Assembly (NCBI GenBank): GCA_964453495.1
Contig: CAYVPI010000005.1
Location: 23,835 to 87,834 of the forward strand
Direction: 5' to 3'
Length of the DNA stretch: 64,000 nucleotides
DNA from: an uncultured Pseudomonas sp.
GTDB lineage: Bacteria > Pseudomonadota > Gammaproteobacteria > Pseudomonadales > Pseudomonadaceae
Shown: one piece after another, positions 1 through 9,078 of the stretch
Layout of the letters: every line of letters begins with the position of its first letter
Numbering within the stretch: position 1 is the first letter of the stretch
Program-made: the position numbers and the translations under genes
The notes under the pieces: model-generated
What the model was told of the DNA's origin: nothing
Databases searched by the model: none
The model's input: only the letters and a program-made list of their open reading frames with translations

Positions 1-167
1 ATCGCTGCATCTACCATCGGGTTGCTGTAGCCACCGCGCAGCCGGAAGTCCGGGTCAGCGGGATAGCCTTCAATGACGGTCCTGTCTGCTTGTTTGTCCA
101 GCCCTCTCAGGTGGGCGAACACGAGCTGTTCTTTTTTGTCTTGGTTCTCGTTTCCAACTTTCGTCAT
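1..167 (-). CDS. tssL: T6SS membrane protein TssL/DotU, 5' part (runs off window)
   Basis: Hand-translated from ATG at 167: MTKVGNENQD...GGYSNPMVDAA. The NPxxDAA motif is typical of the DotU N-terminus, and the ORF lies directly downstream of tssK. Confidence 0.8.
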   Translation of the reverse strand, partial: MTKVGNENQDKKEQLVFAHLRGLDKQADRTVIEGYPADPDFRLRGGYSNPMVDAA

Positions 168-168
168 T

Positions 169-1506
169 TCACTCGCTCCTGATCGCCCAGAACTGCAGCT
201 CGAGGCCTGGGAAGTCGCCCGCGATATGGAAGCCAAACCCATTGCTGTCCTTCATGACGGCCCACGCCGGGTTGCGTCGGTCCAGCTCGAAGTAGCTGAA
301 GCCCGCATGGAAGGGCAGTTCTCGCGGCGCCACTGGCAGCGGCAGCAGGGGAATGCCAGGTAGCTGCAGCGGCACGAGGTCTTCGAGTGCCGCCAACGAT
401 GTGACCTTGGCTTTTTGCAGGAACTGTTGGCGCAAGGTCTCCGGTGGCAGGCTGGCACGCACGGCGAGGATGAATTCCGCCTCATCGATCAACCGGCGAT
501 CTTCCAGGGTTGCTGTCATCACGCCGTACTGCAGGGGCTTCAACGGCAAGGACAAGGCGCGCGGTTGCAGCACTGTGCTGAGGGCGCGGCGCAACATGTC
601 TTCCAATGGCTTGAATGAAGTATTTGAGGCCGTGTGGTGATACGCGGGGTACTCCTGCGGCAGCCGGCTTTGATCCGTGAACGTCACCAGCTCGCCGCAG
701 GCCTGGCTCATAGCGAGGTAGAGCTGCTCGGGGTGGGTGTGTGGTTGGCGTGCCATATGCTGAAAGCAAGGCCACCAGCGATTCATGGCCTGCAGCAGAT
801 TGAAATCACGGATGTCGGCGACACCGGACTGGCCTGACGAACCAATGCGTGCTGCCAGGTTGCGCGCGCGTTCGCGCAGGGTGTTGGTGATCTCATCGAG
901 GAAGCGTTTAAGTGCTGGCACAGCACGTACGCAGACGCTGGTGGGATAGAACCCCTCGTCCAGTTGCAGGCTGCCGTCGGGGCGTCGCTCTCGAATCCGG
1001 GCCAGGGCAAGGCGGGTGTAGGCGCTGCTGTCTTGCGTCTCGCGCCGGAGTTGAAGATTGGGCACTGCCAGGTCGATGTGCACCAGGTCACCGTCGGCGG
1101 TATGGGTGTCCTTGATTTCCAGTGCGTGGGCGACATAACGGAAGTTGGCCGCGTTGTCTGGCCAGCTCACTTCCCGACCCCCATCGGTGCGCAGCGGCAG
1201 GCACAGGTGGACCTCACTGTTGTTCGATACGTCGTCGTTGATTTCCAAGGGCGGGGGCGGCGGCAGGTCTCCGGGAATGTCGAACACCGTGCCGTCCGGC
1301 ATGATGCCCCGCGCGCGCGTGATGGCGATCTTGCCGAGGCTCAGGTATTCGTCGCTCAACTGCAGTTCACTGAATCCGAAGAACGCGGCGTTGAGGCTGC
1401 TCAGGCGCTGGTGAAACGCCGCTTCGCTGGCCCGTGCCGCCTGCTGGAAATGCTGAGGTTTGACAAACAGGCCTTCAGGCCAGAGGACTGGGTTGCGTGA
1501 GCTCAT
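169..1506 (-). CDS. tssK: T6SS baseplate subunit TssK
   Basis: 445 aa, N-terminal VLWPEGLFVKPQHFQQ and C-terminal LELQFWAIR signature. Confidence 0.95.
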   Translation of the reverse strand: MSSRNPVLWPEGLFVKPQHFQQAARASEAAFHQRLSSLNAAFFGFSELQLSDEYLSLGKIAITRARGIMPDGTVFDIPGDLPPPPPLEINDDVSNNSEVHLCLPLRTDGGREVSWPDNAANFRYVAHALEIKDTHTADGDLVHIDLAVPNLQLRRETQDSSAYTRLALARIRERRPDGSLQLDEGFYPTSVCVRAVPALKRFLDEITNTLRERARNLAARIGSSGQSGVADIRDFNLLQAMNRWWPCFQHMARQPHTHPEQLYLAMSQACGELVTFTDQSRLPQEYPAYHHTASNTSFKPLEDMLRRALSTVLQPRALSLPLKPLQYGVMTATLEDRRLIDEAEFILAVRASLPPETLRQQFLQKAKVTSLAALEDLVPLQLPGIPLLPLPVAPRELPFHAGFSYFELDRRNPAWAVMKDSNGFGFHIAGDFPGLELQFWAIRSE

Positions 1507-1557
1507 GGGCGCTCCGAAGCTGAAGAGAAAAAGGGGGGGCGGCGCAAGGAGAGCGCA

Positions 1558-2352
1558 TCAGTTCTCCTCCTTGAGCAGGATTTGGGTGTCATTGACCAGC
1601 ACGGAAAGGACGATCTGGCGGCCACGCGGCGCTATGCGCAGTACCTGCTGCCAGGTGGCGTTTTCCTGGTTGCTGTAGTCGGCAATCACCGCGATGAAAC
1701 GGGTGTCCCCGTGGATGGGTTCGAAAGGCACGAACTTGAATTGGCCAGGGGACAACAAGTAGTCATCGCCGCGGATGTAGGTGCTGCGCAGTGCTTTGGC
1801 CGGGTCCTGATCCAGGAGTTGATAGGCACTGTTGCGCAGCAGTGTGTCGTCACGCAGTTGCAGGATCTTGATGGCGATGGGTGTGGCTATCTGCTCTGCC
1901 GACACTGATGTAGGGCCCGGTAGATTCAAAACCACTGTGGGTTCGTCGTAGCTGCCGGGCTTACTTTCTTCCAGGGCGGAGCGAACCAGGGCGTCGTCGT
2001 CCTCGTCCGTCACCTCCGTCGGGATGGCTGGAAACTGCTCCTGCAAGTACTCGAACAAACTGCCGACCTTTTCGGTCAGCGCGTAGGGATCGTCGGCGCT
2101 GAGGCTCACCGCATAAGGGCTCGGCTCGAGGGTCCCCTCTTGTTCAACCGGCATATCGAGGCTGTTGGGATTGCCATTGAGGGTGGCGCTGGCGTTCAGG
2201 CTGAAGGCCACTTCGGTTGGTTGGTCCTTCAGGGCCCCGACAGGCACGGAGGGGTCCATGATTACCTGCCCCATCTTGCCCAGGAACGTGCAGCCAGAAC
2301 CTCCAATGAGTGCCGACAGCAATGGAAGGGTCAGTAACGCACGAAGCATCAT
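1558..2352 (-). CDS. tssJ: T6SS lipoprotein TssJ (long form)
   Basis: Lipobox-like GSGC, LNASATLNGN...PIAIKILQL...TRFIAVIADY motifs, located upstream of tssK. Confidence 0.85.
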   Translation of the reverse strand: MMLRALLTLPLLSALIGGSGCTFLGKMGQVIMDPSVPVGALKDQPTEVAFSLNASATLNGNPNSLDMPVEQEGTLEPSPYAVSLSADDPYALTEKVGSLFEYLQEQFPAIPTEVTDEDDDALVRSALEESKPGSYDEPTVVLNLPGPTSVSAEQIATPIAIKILQLRDDTLLRNSAYQLLDQDPAKALRSTYIRGDDYLLSPGQFKFVPFEPIHGDTRFIAVIADYSNQENATWQQVLRIAPRGRQIVLSVLVNDTQILLKEEN

Positions 2353-2912
2353 GACAGTTTCCCCATGAGCAGGCGCTGCAGGTCGTTTTCCTGTCTAGGT
2401 TCTGTATGGCGCTTCGCGCTCAGGGCGGCCAAAGGGTCATGACCAATCCCTGACGCGAATGCCTCGCAGATATCGGTTACGGCAGGCGAGTCCGGCACCT
2501 CCATCTCGCTGTGCCAGGTATTCGCCACCAATGCGTCGAGCACCTTCTGCCCTGACATGAACAGCGCTTCCAGTGACGGGCTGCTCATCTGATCTGGCTG
2601 GTAATGAACCTGCAACCGATAGGCGCCGATGCGCAGTTGATCGCCGTCCTGAAGCCTTACCGGGGTGTGCTGCCCCAGGCTCAACTGACTGTGATTAAGA
2701 TAGGTCTGGTTACAACAATCGATGGCGCAGAAGCTGCCTTCCAGCCAACGGATTTCGCAGTGAAGCGGTTGAATGCGCTGATCGCAGTCGGCAATCAGCC
2801 AATCAGCACCTTGGCTGCCGATGGTGCCGCCCTTGCAGTCGAACTGATGTCGGCTGAGGACACCGTGCTTCAGCGCTTCGAGGTTGGCGATGTTCAGTGT
2901 CAAGGTGTTCAT
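2349..2912 (-). CDS. T6SS-associated short FHA-domain protein (TagH-like)
   Basis: GGTIGS...HCEIRW...LQDGDQLRIGAY FHA pattern, translationally coupled within the T6SS operon. Confidence 0.8.
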   Translation of the reverse strand: MNTLTLNIANLEALKHGVLSRHQFDCKGGTIGSQGADWLIADCDQRIQPLHCEIRWLEGSFCAIDCCNQTYLNHSQLSLGQHTPVRLQDGDQLRIGAYRLQVHYQPDQMSSPSLEALFMSGQKVLDALVANTWHSEMEVPDSPAVTDICEAFASGIGHDPLAALSAKRHTEPRQENDLQRLLMGKLS

Positions 2913-3940
2913 GAGCGCCCCCGGATGCGTACGACTGGGTTGCCCAATCCCTGTTTGTCGTCGACAAAGCTGGTCCAGCCAAGATGAGCGCCTTGGCTTC
3001 GGTGCAGGCAGAAGGGCGATAGGGCGTTCTGCTGGAGGCGCAGCTCCAGGTCATAGGCCAGGCCATCACGCAGCAGAAAGTCGATCAGCGCGCGCAACCT
3101 GCCGAAGTTGACACCACTGGGGAGCAGGTCGCGTAATTGCGCCTGGTCCAGGCCACCGATCAGGATGGTGAATTTGCTGCTGCGGGTTCGTGTGCGATCA
3201 CCGACCATGAACGTACTGCCTAGGCAGCCGTTGACCTTGCCAAGGCTCACACTCTGTTCGGCGGCCGTGGGTACCGAGCGCGAGTCGAACTCGCGGATCT
3301 GCACGTTCTTCAGATCGAAGCAGTGGGCAATGATGCCGGCCACGGTGCCGGGGGCACGGCTTCGGCTGGCGATAACGCCGGCAAAGCTGAGGAGGCGGCT
3401 CCAGGGCAGCGCCGTGTTGCCTCGTAGTTGTTCGTTGTTGAGGCCGATCAGCGCAAAGACGTACTGCGAAAATTGGTCACCGGCTCCAGACTGGAAGCGG
3501 ATGTAGTAACGGTACTTGCGCCAGATACGGTGCAACAGACCGAGCAAGTAGTGATTGAAGAAGTCGAAGAACGCGGGGCGTACGCCCAGGCCTTGCGCAT
3601 GCTCATACGCCAGCTGCTCCAGGTAGTAGGTAGGCAGTGGCGAATCGGTACCGTGCAGGCCCATGAACGTGGTGCAAACGCGGTAGCGTGCCTGCTCGTC
3701 TGCGTTGGACGACGGAGCAAGGCGCTCTGCTTTCAGTACGTCCGAGGCGGGGAAGTTCAGCCGCGGATCACTGGTAAGCCGCACCCGCTGCCGCGTAGCA
3801 GCGTCTGGCCAACGTGGCTCCAGGTCGTCACCGTGCAGAGCGTGCAGCCTTTCCAGCAACTGGAAGAAGTTGTGTCGGTGCGCCTCGGCAAGCAGCGTAT
3901 CGGCTAGATCAGCGGTTGTCTGCCGGTCAGCAATGGCCAT
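2909..3940 (-). CDS. tssG: T6SS baseplate subunit TssG
   Basis: FFQLLERL, FMGLHGTDSPLP, FFDFFNH and LGWTSF motifs. Confidence 0.93.
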   Translation of the reverse strand: MAIADRQTTADLADTLLAEAHRHNFFQLLERLHALHGDDLEPRWPDAATRQRVRLTSDPRLNFPASDVLKAERLAPSSNADEQARYRVCTTFMGLHGTDSPLPTYYLEQLAYEHAQGLGVRPAFFDFFNHYLLGLLHRIWRKYRYYIRFQSGAGDQFSQYVFALIGLNNEQLRGNTALPWSRLLSFAGVIASRSRAPGTVAGIIAHCFDLKNVQIREFDSRSVPTAAEQSVSLGKVNGCLGSTFMVGDRTRTRSSKFTILIGGLDQAQLRDLLPSGVNFGRLRALIDFLLRDGLAYDLELRLQQNALSPFCLHRSQGAHLGWTSFVDDKQGLGNPVVRIRGRS

Positions 3941-5670
3941 GTGTAGTGCTCGTTATTGGTGGTGTTAATCACTTCCAGTCGGTGGAAGGAGTTGATGCTG
4001 GCGTACAGGGCAAAGAAGTGCGAAAGCACGCAACTGAACAGGTAGAGGTCGCCCTCGCAGAGAAAGGCGTCCTGATCGAGTTTCAGTTGGGTGCGCAGGC
4101 CGCGTATTGGCAGGCCCTTGATCAACCAGTCCAGCGGTTCGGTGTGCGCATCGCCGATTCCGTTCAGGCGTTTGCGTGTGGCGCGCGCTTGCTGAATGTC
4201 ATGCAAGGCGGCGAAGTCATAGGCGCCGATGACTGCTTTGAGCGGTTCGGCAGACAACAGCGAAAGATAGTTGAGCGACAGGTTGGAGATCAGGGCCCAC
4301 TGCAGTTGGCCATCCAGTACTGGCCGATAGGCGCGGGTCGGACGGCAGATGTTGCGGTAGCTGGCCAGTGGAGGAGTGACTTCGGTGGTCACGCTGATGT
4401 CGCCGATACCCAGGCTCAGAGGCAGGTCCCGATTGGTGCAGGTCAAGTCGACGGAAGCGGTCTCCATCTCGCCGATATAGGCGCTCTCATCGGCGCGGAC
4501 AAAACCGATGCGGTGGATGACGCCGTCACCGCGCAGCGATTCTTCGATCTTGCAGCGGTAGTACAACGCGGTGCGGCCCTGGACATGTTCGATCTCATGG
4601 GCGAACGACTCGAAAGGGCGGAAGGTCCGTAGCGGTTCCACAGGGGGGCCGTCTGCTGTGGTGCGCGTACTGATCACCCGGTCGACACTGAATATTTCGT
4701 AGGCATGCGGCTGTCGTCCGCTGGGGTTCAACGTCACCTGGCCGGCATGCCCGGATAAGTCGATAGGCTCGGCGCCATGTTTGAACAGGTTCACCGCGGG
4801 CGTGCAGAACAGGCAGAAGTCGTTTTTTCCAACCTGTACAGAGTCGGGTAGTTGGCGGCTGAAGTGGAACTCGATGCGGACACTCTGGCTGTCACGAGCG
4901 GGCCAGATTCGGCTCAGGCCTGTCAGGCCGAAGAAGTGAAAGCGTTGAGGAAAAATGAAGTACTCCTGCAGGATCCGGTAGCCGTCGAAGACGTTCTGCG
5001 GGTAAGGCAGCAAGGCTTCGTCGGGGCTAAAGCCAGGAAACGTAATACTGCTGGCCGGCAACCGGCGCACTTCGCCGTCGATAGTGACGCTGATGTGCTT
5101 CAGGTACTGCGACAGCCAGAGGTAGAGCGTTCGAGCGCAGCGGTCTTCACCGCTCAGGTGAAACTCCAGGCTTTCGCAGCCCAACGAGTTCAGCGGGCGT
5201 TGAGCCAGCGGGTTGAGTTTTATGCACACAATCGAGCTGTCGAGCGTCTGGGTTGCACTGACGTCGCCGATGGCGAAGGGGTGGAGTTTGACCTCCGTGC
5301 ATGTGCTGTACTCGCAGGCGATACCCTCCACCGGGTGCGAAAACAGCCGCGAACCCTTGGGCACGCAGTGTGATTGGCTAAGCGATTGTTTCAGCGGAGC
5401 GAACTGAATGATCGTGGTGCTTGGCAGGGGCCGAAGATAGTTTGGCCAGAGCATCTGCAACATGGAATGCGTCAGTTCAGGCAGGTCATCTTCGAGCTTG
5501 AGCCGCAGCTTTGCGGTCAAAAAGGCGAAGCCCTCCAGCAGCCGCTCGACATCGGGGTCGCTGCTATCCGCGCCAAGGAATCGTGCAAGCTGCGGATTTT
5601 CCTGCGCAAAACCCCTACCTAATTCGCGCAGGTAGCGAAGCTCTTCGCTGAAACGGTCCTTCAACGACAT
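3904..5670 (-). CDS. tssF: T6SS baseplate subunit TssF
   Basis: EELRYLRELG...DPDVERLLEGFAFL and FFALYASINSF motifs. Confidence 0.95.
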   Translation of the reverse strand: MSLKDRFSEELRYLRELGRGFAQENPQLARFLGADSSDPDVERLLEGFAFLTAKLRLKLEDDLPELTHSMLQMLWPNYLRPLPSTTIIQFAPLKQSLSQSHCVPKGSRLFSHPVEGIACEYSTCTEVKLHPFAIGDVSATQTLDSSIVCIKLNPLAQRPLNSLGCESLEFHLSGEDRCARTLYLWLSQYLKHISVTIDGEVRRLPASSITFPGFSPDEALLPYPQNVFDGYRILQEYFIFPQRFHFFGLTGLSRIWPARDSQSVRIEFHFSRQLPDSVQVGKNDFCLFCTPAVNLFKHGAEPIDLSGHAGQVTLNPSGRQPHAYEIFSVDRVISTRTTADGPPVEPLRTFRPFESFAHEIEHVQGRTALYYRCKIEESLRGDGVIHRIGFVRADESAYIGEMETASVDLTCTNRDLPLSLGIGDISVTTEVTPPLASYRNICRPTRAYRPVLDGQLQWALISNLSLNYLSLLSAEPLKAVIGAYDFAALHDIQQARATRKRLNGIGDAHTEPLDWLIKGLPIRGLRTQLKLDQDAFLCEGDLYLFSCVLSHFFALYASINSFHRLEVINTTNNEHYTWPLLTGRQPLI

Positions 5671-5673
5671 GGG

Positions 5674-6084
5674 TTATCTCACTCGGGTGTAACGGTTGTG
5701 GCCATTGACCAACAACTCGATCTCCAGCTGCTCGGTGTGGTTGTCTATCTGCACCTGGCAATCAAGCCGGAAGTGCAGCTCCAGCGGTGCGTTGGCATCC
5801 GGAACAGCTTTCAACGCGTACACCCGTATTCGTGGCTCGAAGCGTTGAATAATGCGACGGATGTCGGCGCTTACTTGCTGGAGCAAGTCGCCGCGGCTCA
5901 GGTCGTGCCCGTTGAAGTCGCGCAGGCCAAGGTCAGGGCTGCTCTGCGAGCAACCCTGACGTGTGTTGAGCAGTGTTTCGAGGTGACACTTGATTGCCTC
6001 GAAACGTATCCCTGCCATCGTTTGTCGAGAGGGCACGCGGCGAGTTGGCATCGGCGCTGTCAGGCGGTCGAAAAAGCCGCTCAT
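5674..6084 (-). CDS. tssE: T6SS baseplate subunit TssE (gp25-like)
   Basis: LLNTRQG...DLGL...FEPRI motif, between tssC and tssF. Confidence 0.9.
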   Translation of the reverse strand: MSGFFDRLTAPMPTRRVPSRQTMAGIRFEAIKCHLETLLNTRQGCSQSSPDLGLRDFNGHDLSRGDLLQQVSADIRRIIQRFEPRIRVYALKAVPDANAPLELHFRLDCQVQIDNHTEQLEIELLVNGHNRYTRVR

Positions 6085-7571
6085 TGCGTGTCGAGCCGAC
6101 CGACCAGGGAGATTTCGAAGTTCGCCCCCATGTACTTGAAGTGCGGGCGCACAGCGAGCGAGACCTGGTACCAGCCCGGGTCACCCGCTACATCCGAGAC
6201 TTCGACCCTGGCTGCCCGAAGTGGCCGTCGGCTGCGGACATCCGCCGAGGGATTTTCCTGGTCGGCGACATACTGCTTGATCCATTTGTTGAGTTCGGAC
6301 TCCAGATCGCGCCGCTCCTTCCAGCTGCCGATCTGCTCGCGCTGCAGCACCTTGATGTAGTGGGCCAGCCGGTTGACGATGAACAGGTAGGGAAGCTGAG
6401 TACCGAGCTTGTAGTTGGTCTGTGCTTGCAGGCCTTCGGGGGTCTTGGGGAAGGTCTTGGGCTTCTGCACCGAATTGGCCGAGAAGAATGCGGCGTTGTC
6501 GCTGTCCTTGCGCATGGTCAGGGCGATGAAACCTTCTTCGGCCAGCTCGAATTCCTTGCGATCGGAGATCAGCACCTCAGTCGGAATCTTTGCCTGCAGC
6601 TGCCCCAGCGACTCATACAGGTGGACAGGCAGGTCATCGACGGCACCGCCAGACTGGGGGCCAATGATGTTCGGGCACCAGCGGTATCGGGCAAAGCTGT
6701 CGTTGATGCAACTGGCCAGCAGGAGCGCAGAGTTGCCCCACAGGTAGTTCTGATGTTGGCCGTCGATATTCTCGTCGTAGTTGAAGCTTTCGACGGGCTG
6801 CTCCTGATGGTGGTAGGGGGATCGGAGCATGAAGCGCGGTGCGACCAGTGCGGTGTGGCGAGCATCCTCACTGTCGCGGAAGGCGCGCCACTTGGCATGG
6901 CGTGGGCCGGCGAAGATGTCTTTGATTTCCTTCAGGTTTGGAAGTTCTTCAAAGTTACTGAGGTTGAAGAACTCGGGCGCCGGAGCCGTAAGAAATGGGG
7001 CATGGGACATTGCCCCCACCGAAGCCATGTAGCTGAGGAGTTTGATGTCGGAAGAGGAAGGGCCAAAACTGTAGTTGCCGACCATGGCAGCGACCGGTTC
7101 GCCACCAAACTGGCCAAAGCCCGCTGTGTAGACATGTTTATAAAGCCCACTGCTGGTGATATCGGCGGCATTCTCAAAATCGTCGAGTAAATCTTCTTTA
7201 CTGACGTGCAGGACTTCGAGCTTGATGTTCTCTCGGAAATCCGTACGCTCCACCAGAAGTTGCAAGCCTCGCCACGCCGACTCAAGCTGCTGAAAGTCAG
7301 GGTGGTGGAGGATGGCGTCCATCTGCTTGCTAAGTAGTCGATCCACTTCGGCAATCATCTGGTCGACACGATGTTTGTTGATCAGTTGATCCGGCTCATT
7401 GCTTTTGAGGATTTCCGAAATGAAGGCTGCCACACCTTGCTTGGCAACTTGATAGCCTTCCTGAGTGGGTACCAACATCGTTTCGGCCATGATCTGGTCA
7501 AGCAATGCGGCATTGCCTGCAGTCTCTTGCGAGACATCGGCTGTGAGAGGCGTGTTGTTCTGGGTAGACAT
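6081..7571 (-). CDS. tssC: T6SS sheath large subunit TssC/VipB
   Basis: FQQLESAWRGL, YLWGN and RLAHYIKVLQREQIGSW motifs. Confidence 0.97.
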   Translation of the reverse strand: MSTQNNTPLTADVSQETAGNAALLDQIMAETMLVPTQEGYQVAKQGVAAFISEILKSNEPDQLINKHRVDQMIAEVDRLLSKQMDAILHHPDFQQLESAWRGLQLLVERTDFRENIKLEVLHVSKEDLLDDFENAADITSSGLYKHVYTAGFGQFGGEPVAAMVGNYSFGPSSSDIKLLSYMASVGAMSHAPFLTAPAPEFFNLSNFEELPNLKEIKDIFAGPRHAKWRAFRDSEDARHTALVAPRFMLRSPYHHQEQPVESFNYDENIDGQHQNYLWGNSALLLASCINDSFARYRWCPNIIGPQSGGAVDDLPVHLYESLGQLQAKIPTEVLISDRKEFELAEEGFIALTMRKDSDNAAFFSANSVQKPKTFPKTPEGLQAQTNYKLGTQLPYLFIVNRLAHYIKVLQREQIGSWKERRDLESELNKWIKQYVADQENPSADVRSRRPLRAARVEVSDVAGDPGWYQVSLAVRPHFKYMGANFEISLVGRLDTQ

Positions 7572-7588
7572 GGGGACGCTCCGTTGTC

Positions 7589-8092
7589 TTAATCTTCTTT
7601 AGGCGCGTCGAGCACCAGGTCGAGCTCTTGCGCGAGCTGCTTGCGTGCCTGCACATCGTTCAGCAGGTGCTGCAGCTGCTTGCGGAAGGCGGGCACATTG
7701 CCCAGTGGGCCTTTGAGGGCCACCAGTGCTTCGCGCAGCTCCAGCAGCTTGTGCAGCTCCGGTACTTGTCGCGCGATATAGTCCGGGCCGAAGTCGTTGA
7801 TCGACTTGAATTGGAGGTTCACCGCCAGCTCTGCATCAGGTGCGTTGCTGAGCATGGAAGGGACCGCCATGTTCAGGGCGACATCGGCGTCCTTCATCAC
7901 GTTGTTGAAACTGTGTTTGTCGACGCGCATGACTTGGCGATCTTCAAGGGAGCGAGGGTCATCCAGCCCGAAGTCCCCCATGACCAGCATTTTGTGGGGC
8001 AGTTCTATTTCTGCTTGCTCGTCCCCAGTAGCGGGTACGTACTTGATATTGATGCGCTCTTTCGGCGCAACGGAATTCGTATTTCTAGTCAT
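7589..8092 (-). CDS. tssB: T6SS sheath small subunit TssB/VipA
   Basis: SVAPKERINIKY...ELP...LVALKGPLGN. Start re-called at MTRN (8092). Confidence 0.93.
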   Translation of the reverse strand: MTRNTNSVAPKERINIKYVPATGDEQAEIELPHKMLVMGDFGLDDPRSLEDRQVMRVDKHSFNNVMKDADVALNMAVPSMLSNAPDAELAVNLQFKSINDFGPDYIARQVPELHKLLELREALVALKGPLGNVPAFRKQLQHLLNDVQARKQLAQELDLVLDAPKED

Positions 8093-8427
8093 TGGTGCGT
8101 AACTCCCTGTCGCGTGTAGGATGCCGTGCGTAAGATAAAACAAACTCGCGTGCTAAGTTTGTAGGAAGTTTCCCAAGTTTTCTTTTTTGATATAGAAAAT
8201 GTGTTTTTCTGATGGGTGTGCATTTTTAAAACATGCGCGGGGAAGTGGTGTTTGGTCGAGCCTGAAGATGTAAGAAAATATTTATTTGTATATGGTTGTT
8301 TGTGTGTACTAGTCTTTTGTGCAGTTTCTCAGCTGACTTTCCGCTCTTCTGTCGCGATGCATTGTTGTCATGAAAGTGCATTCGCCGTTCAGGGCGGTTG
8401 TATTAATGGAAAAAGGGTGGACTATCG

Positions 8428-9078
8428 GTGATTACCCGCTGTGCTTATGGCGCTGGTTTGTCGTTGCTGTTGTATTTAGAACCGTTATTAGCCAATCCCC
8501 CTAGGAATTGCCCTCAAATCGTGTCCAACCTTGAGCGCTTGGCGTGTTTTGATCAGGCCGCAGGAACGCCCCTCCATCTCCCAAGGCTGGAGTGGTCCGC
8601 CCCTGAGCAGGAAGCGCCCAGCCTGCAGAGCGTGATGGCCAACGAAGCCCGGCGAGCACCCGATGACCTGGCATTCAACATCAGCGATCAGGGCAATGAT
8701 TCCAAGGGGCAGAAGCGACTGGTGATCTCCGCCCCGGCCATAGCGGCAGCTGAACCGCGCCCCTACCTTGCCATCAGTTGCATCGAGAACATCTCCAGGT
8801 TGCAGTTGCTCACCGGTCAACCCATCGACGCGGGGCGAGTGATCGTGCAACTACGGACGGAGCGTCAGGCAACGAACGCGGTGCCCTGGCAGGTGGTGGA
8901 GAACGGCCAGGTGCTCGATGCCGGCCGCGGCCTGCCAGCCATCGAGAAGATCAAGGTACTGATCGGCGCTTATCGCATTCACGTGGTGAGTGACGACCCT
9001 GTGCTCGACGGGCTGAGCTTTGATGCCCAGGGGCTGGACCCACTGATCGATCAGGTGCGTGAAGCATGTCGCTGGTAG
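8428..9078 (+). CDS. vasI: T6SS-associated VasI/TagO-family exported protein
   Basis: Signal-like N-terminus, ERLACFD, and LAISC..NISRLQL motifs; first gene of the divergent operon. Confidence 0.75.
   Translation: MITRCAYGAGLSLLLYLEPLLANPPRNCPQIVSNLERLACFDQAAGTPLHLPRLEWSAPEQEAPSLQSVMANEARRAPDDLAFNISDQGNDSKGQKRLVISAPAIAAAEPRPYLAISCIENISRLQLLTGQPIDAGRVIVQLRTERQATNAVPWQVVENGQVLDAGRGLPAIEKIKVLIGAYRIHVVSDDPVLDGLSFDAQGLDPLIDQVREACRW

Noticed and set aside
5994-7190. Long antisense ORFs (also 17189-18388, 41354-42511, 42331-43581, 50649-51860)
   Set aside because: These are shadows of well-supported genes, expected from high-GC codon bias.
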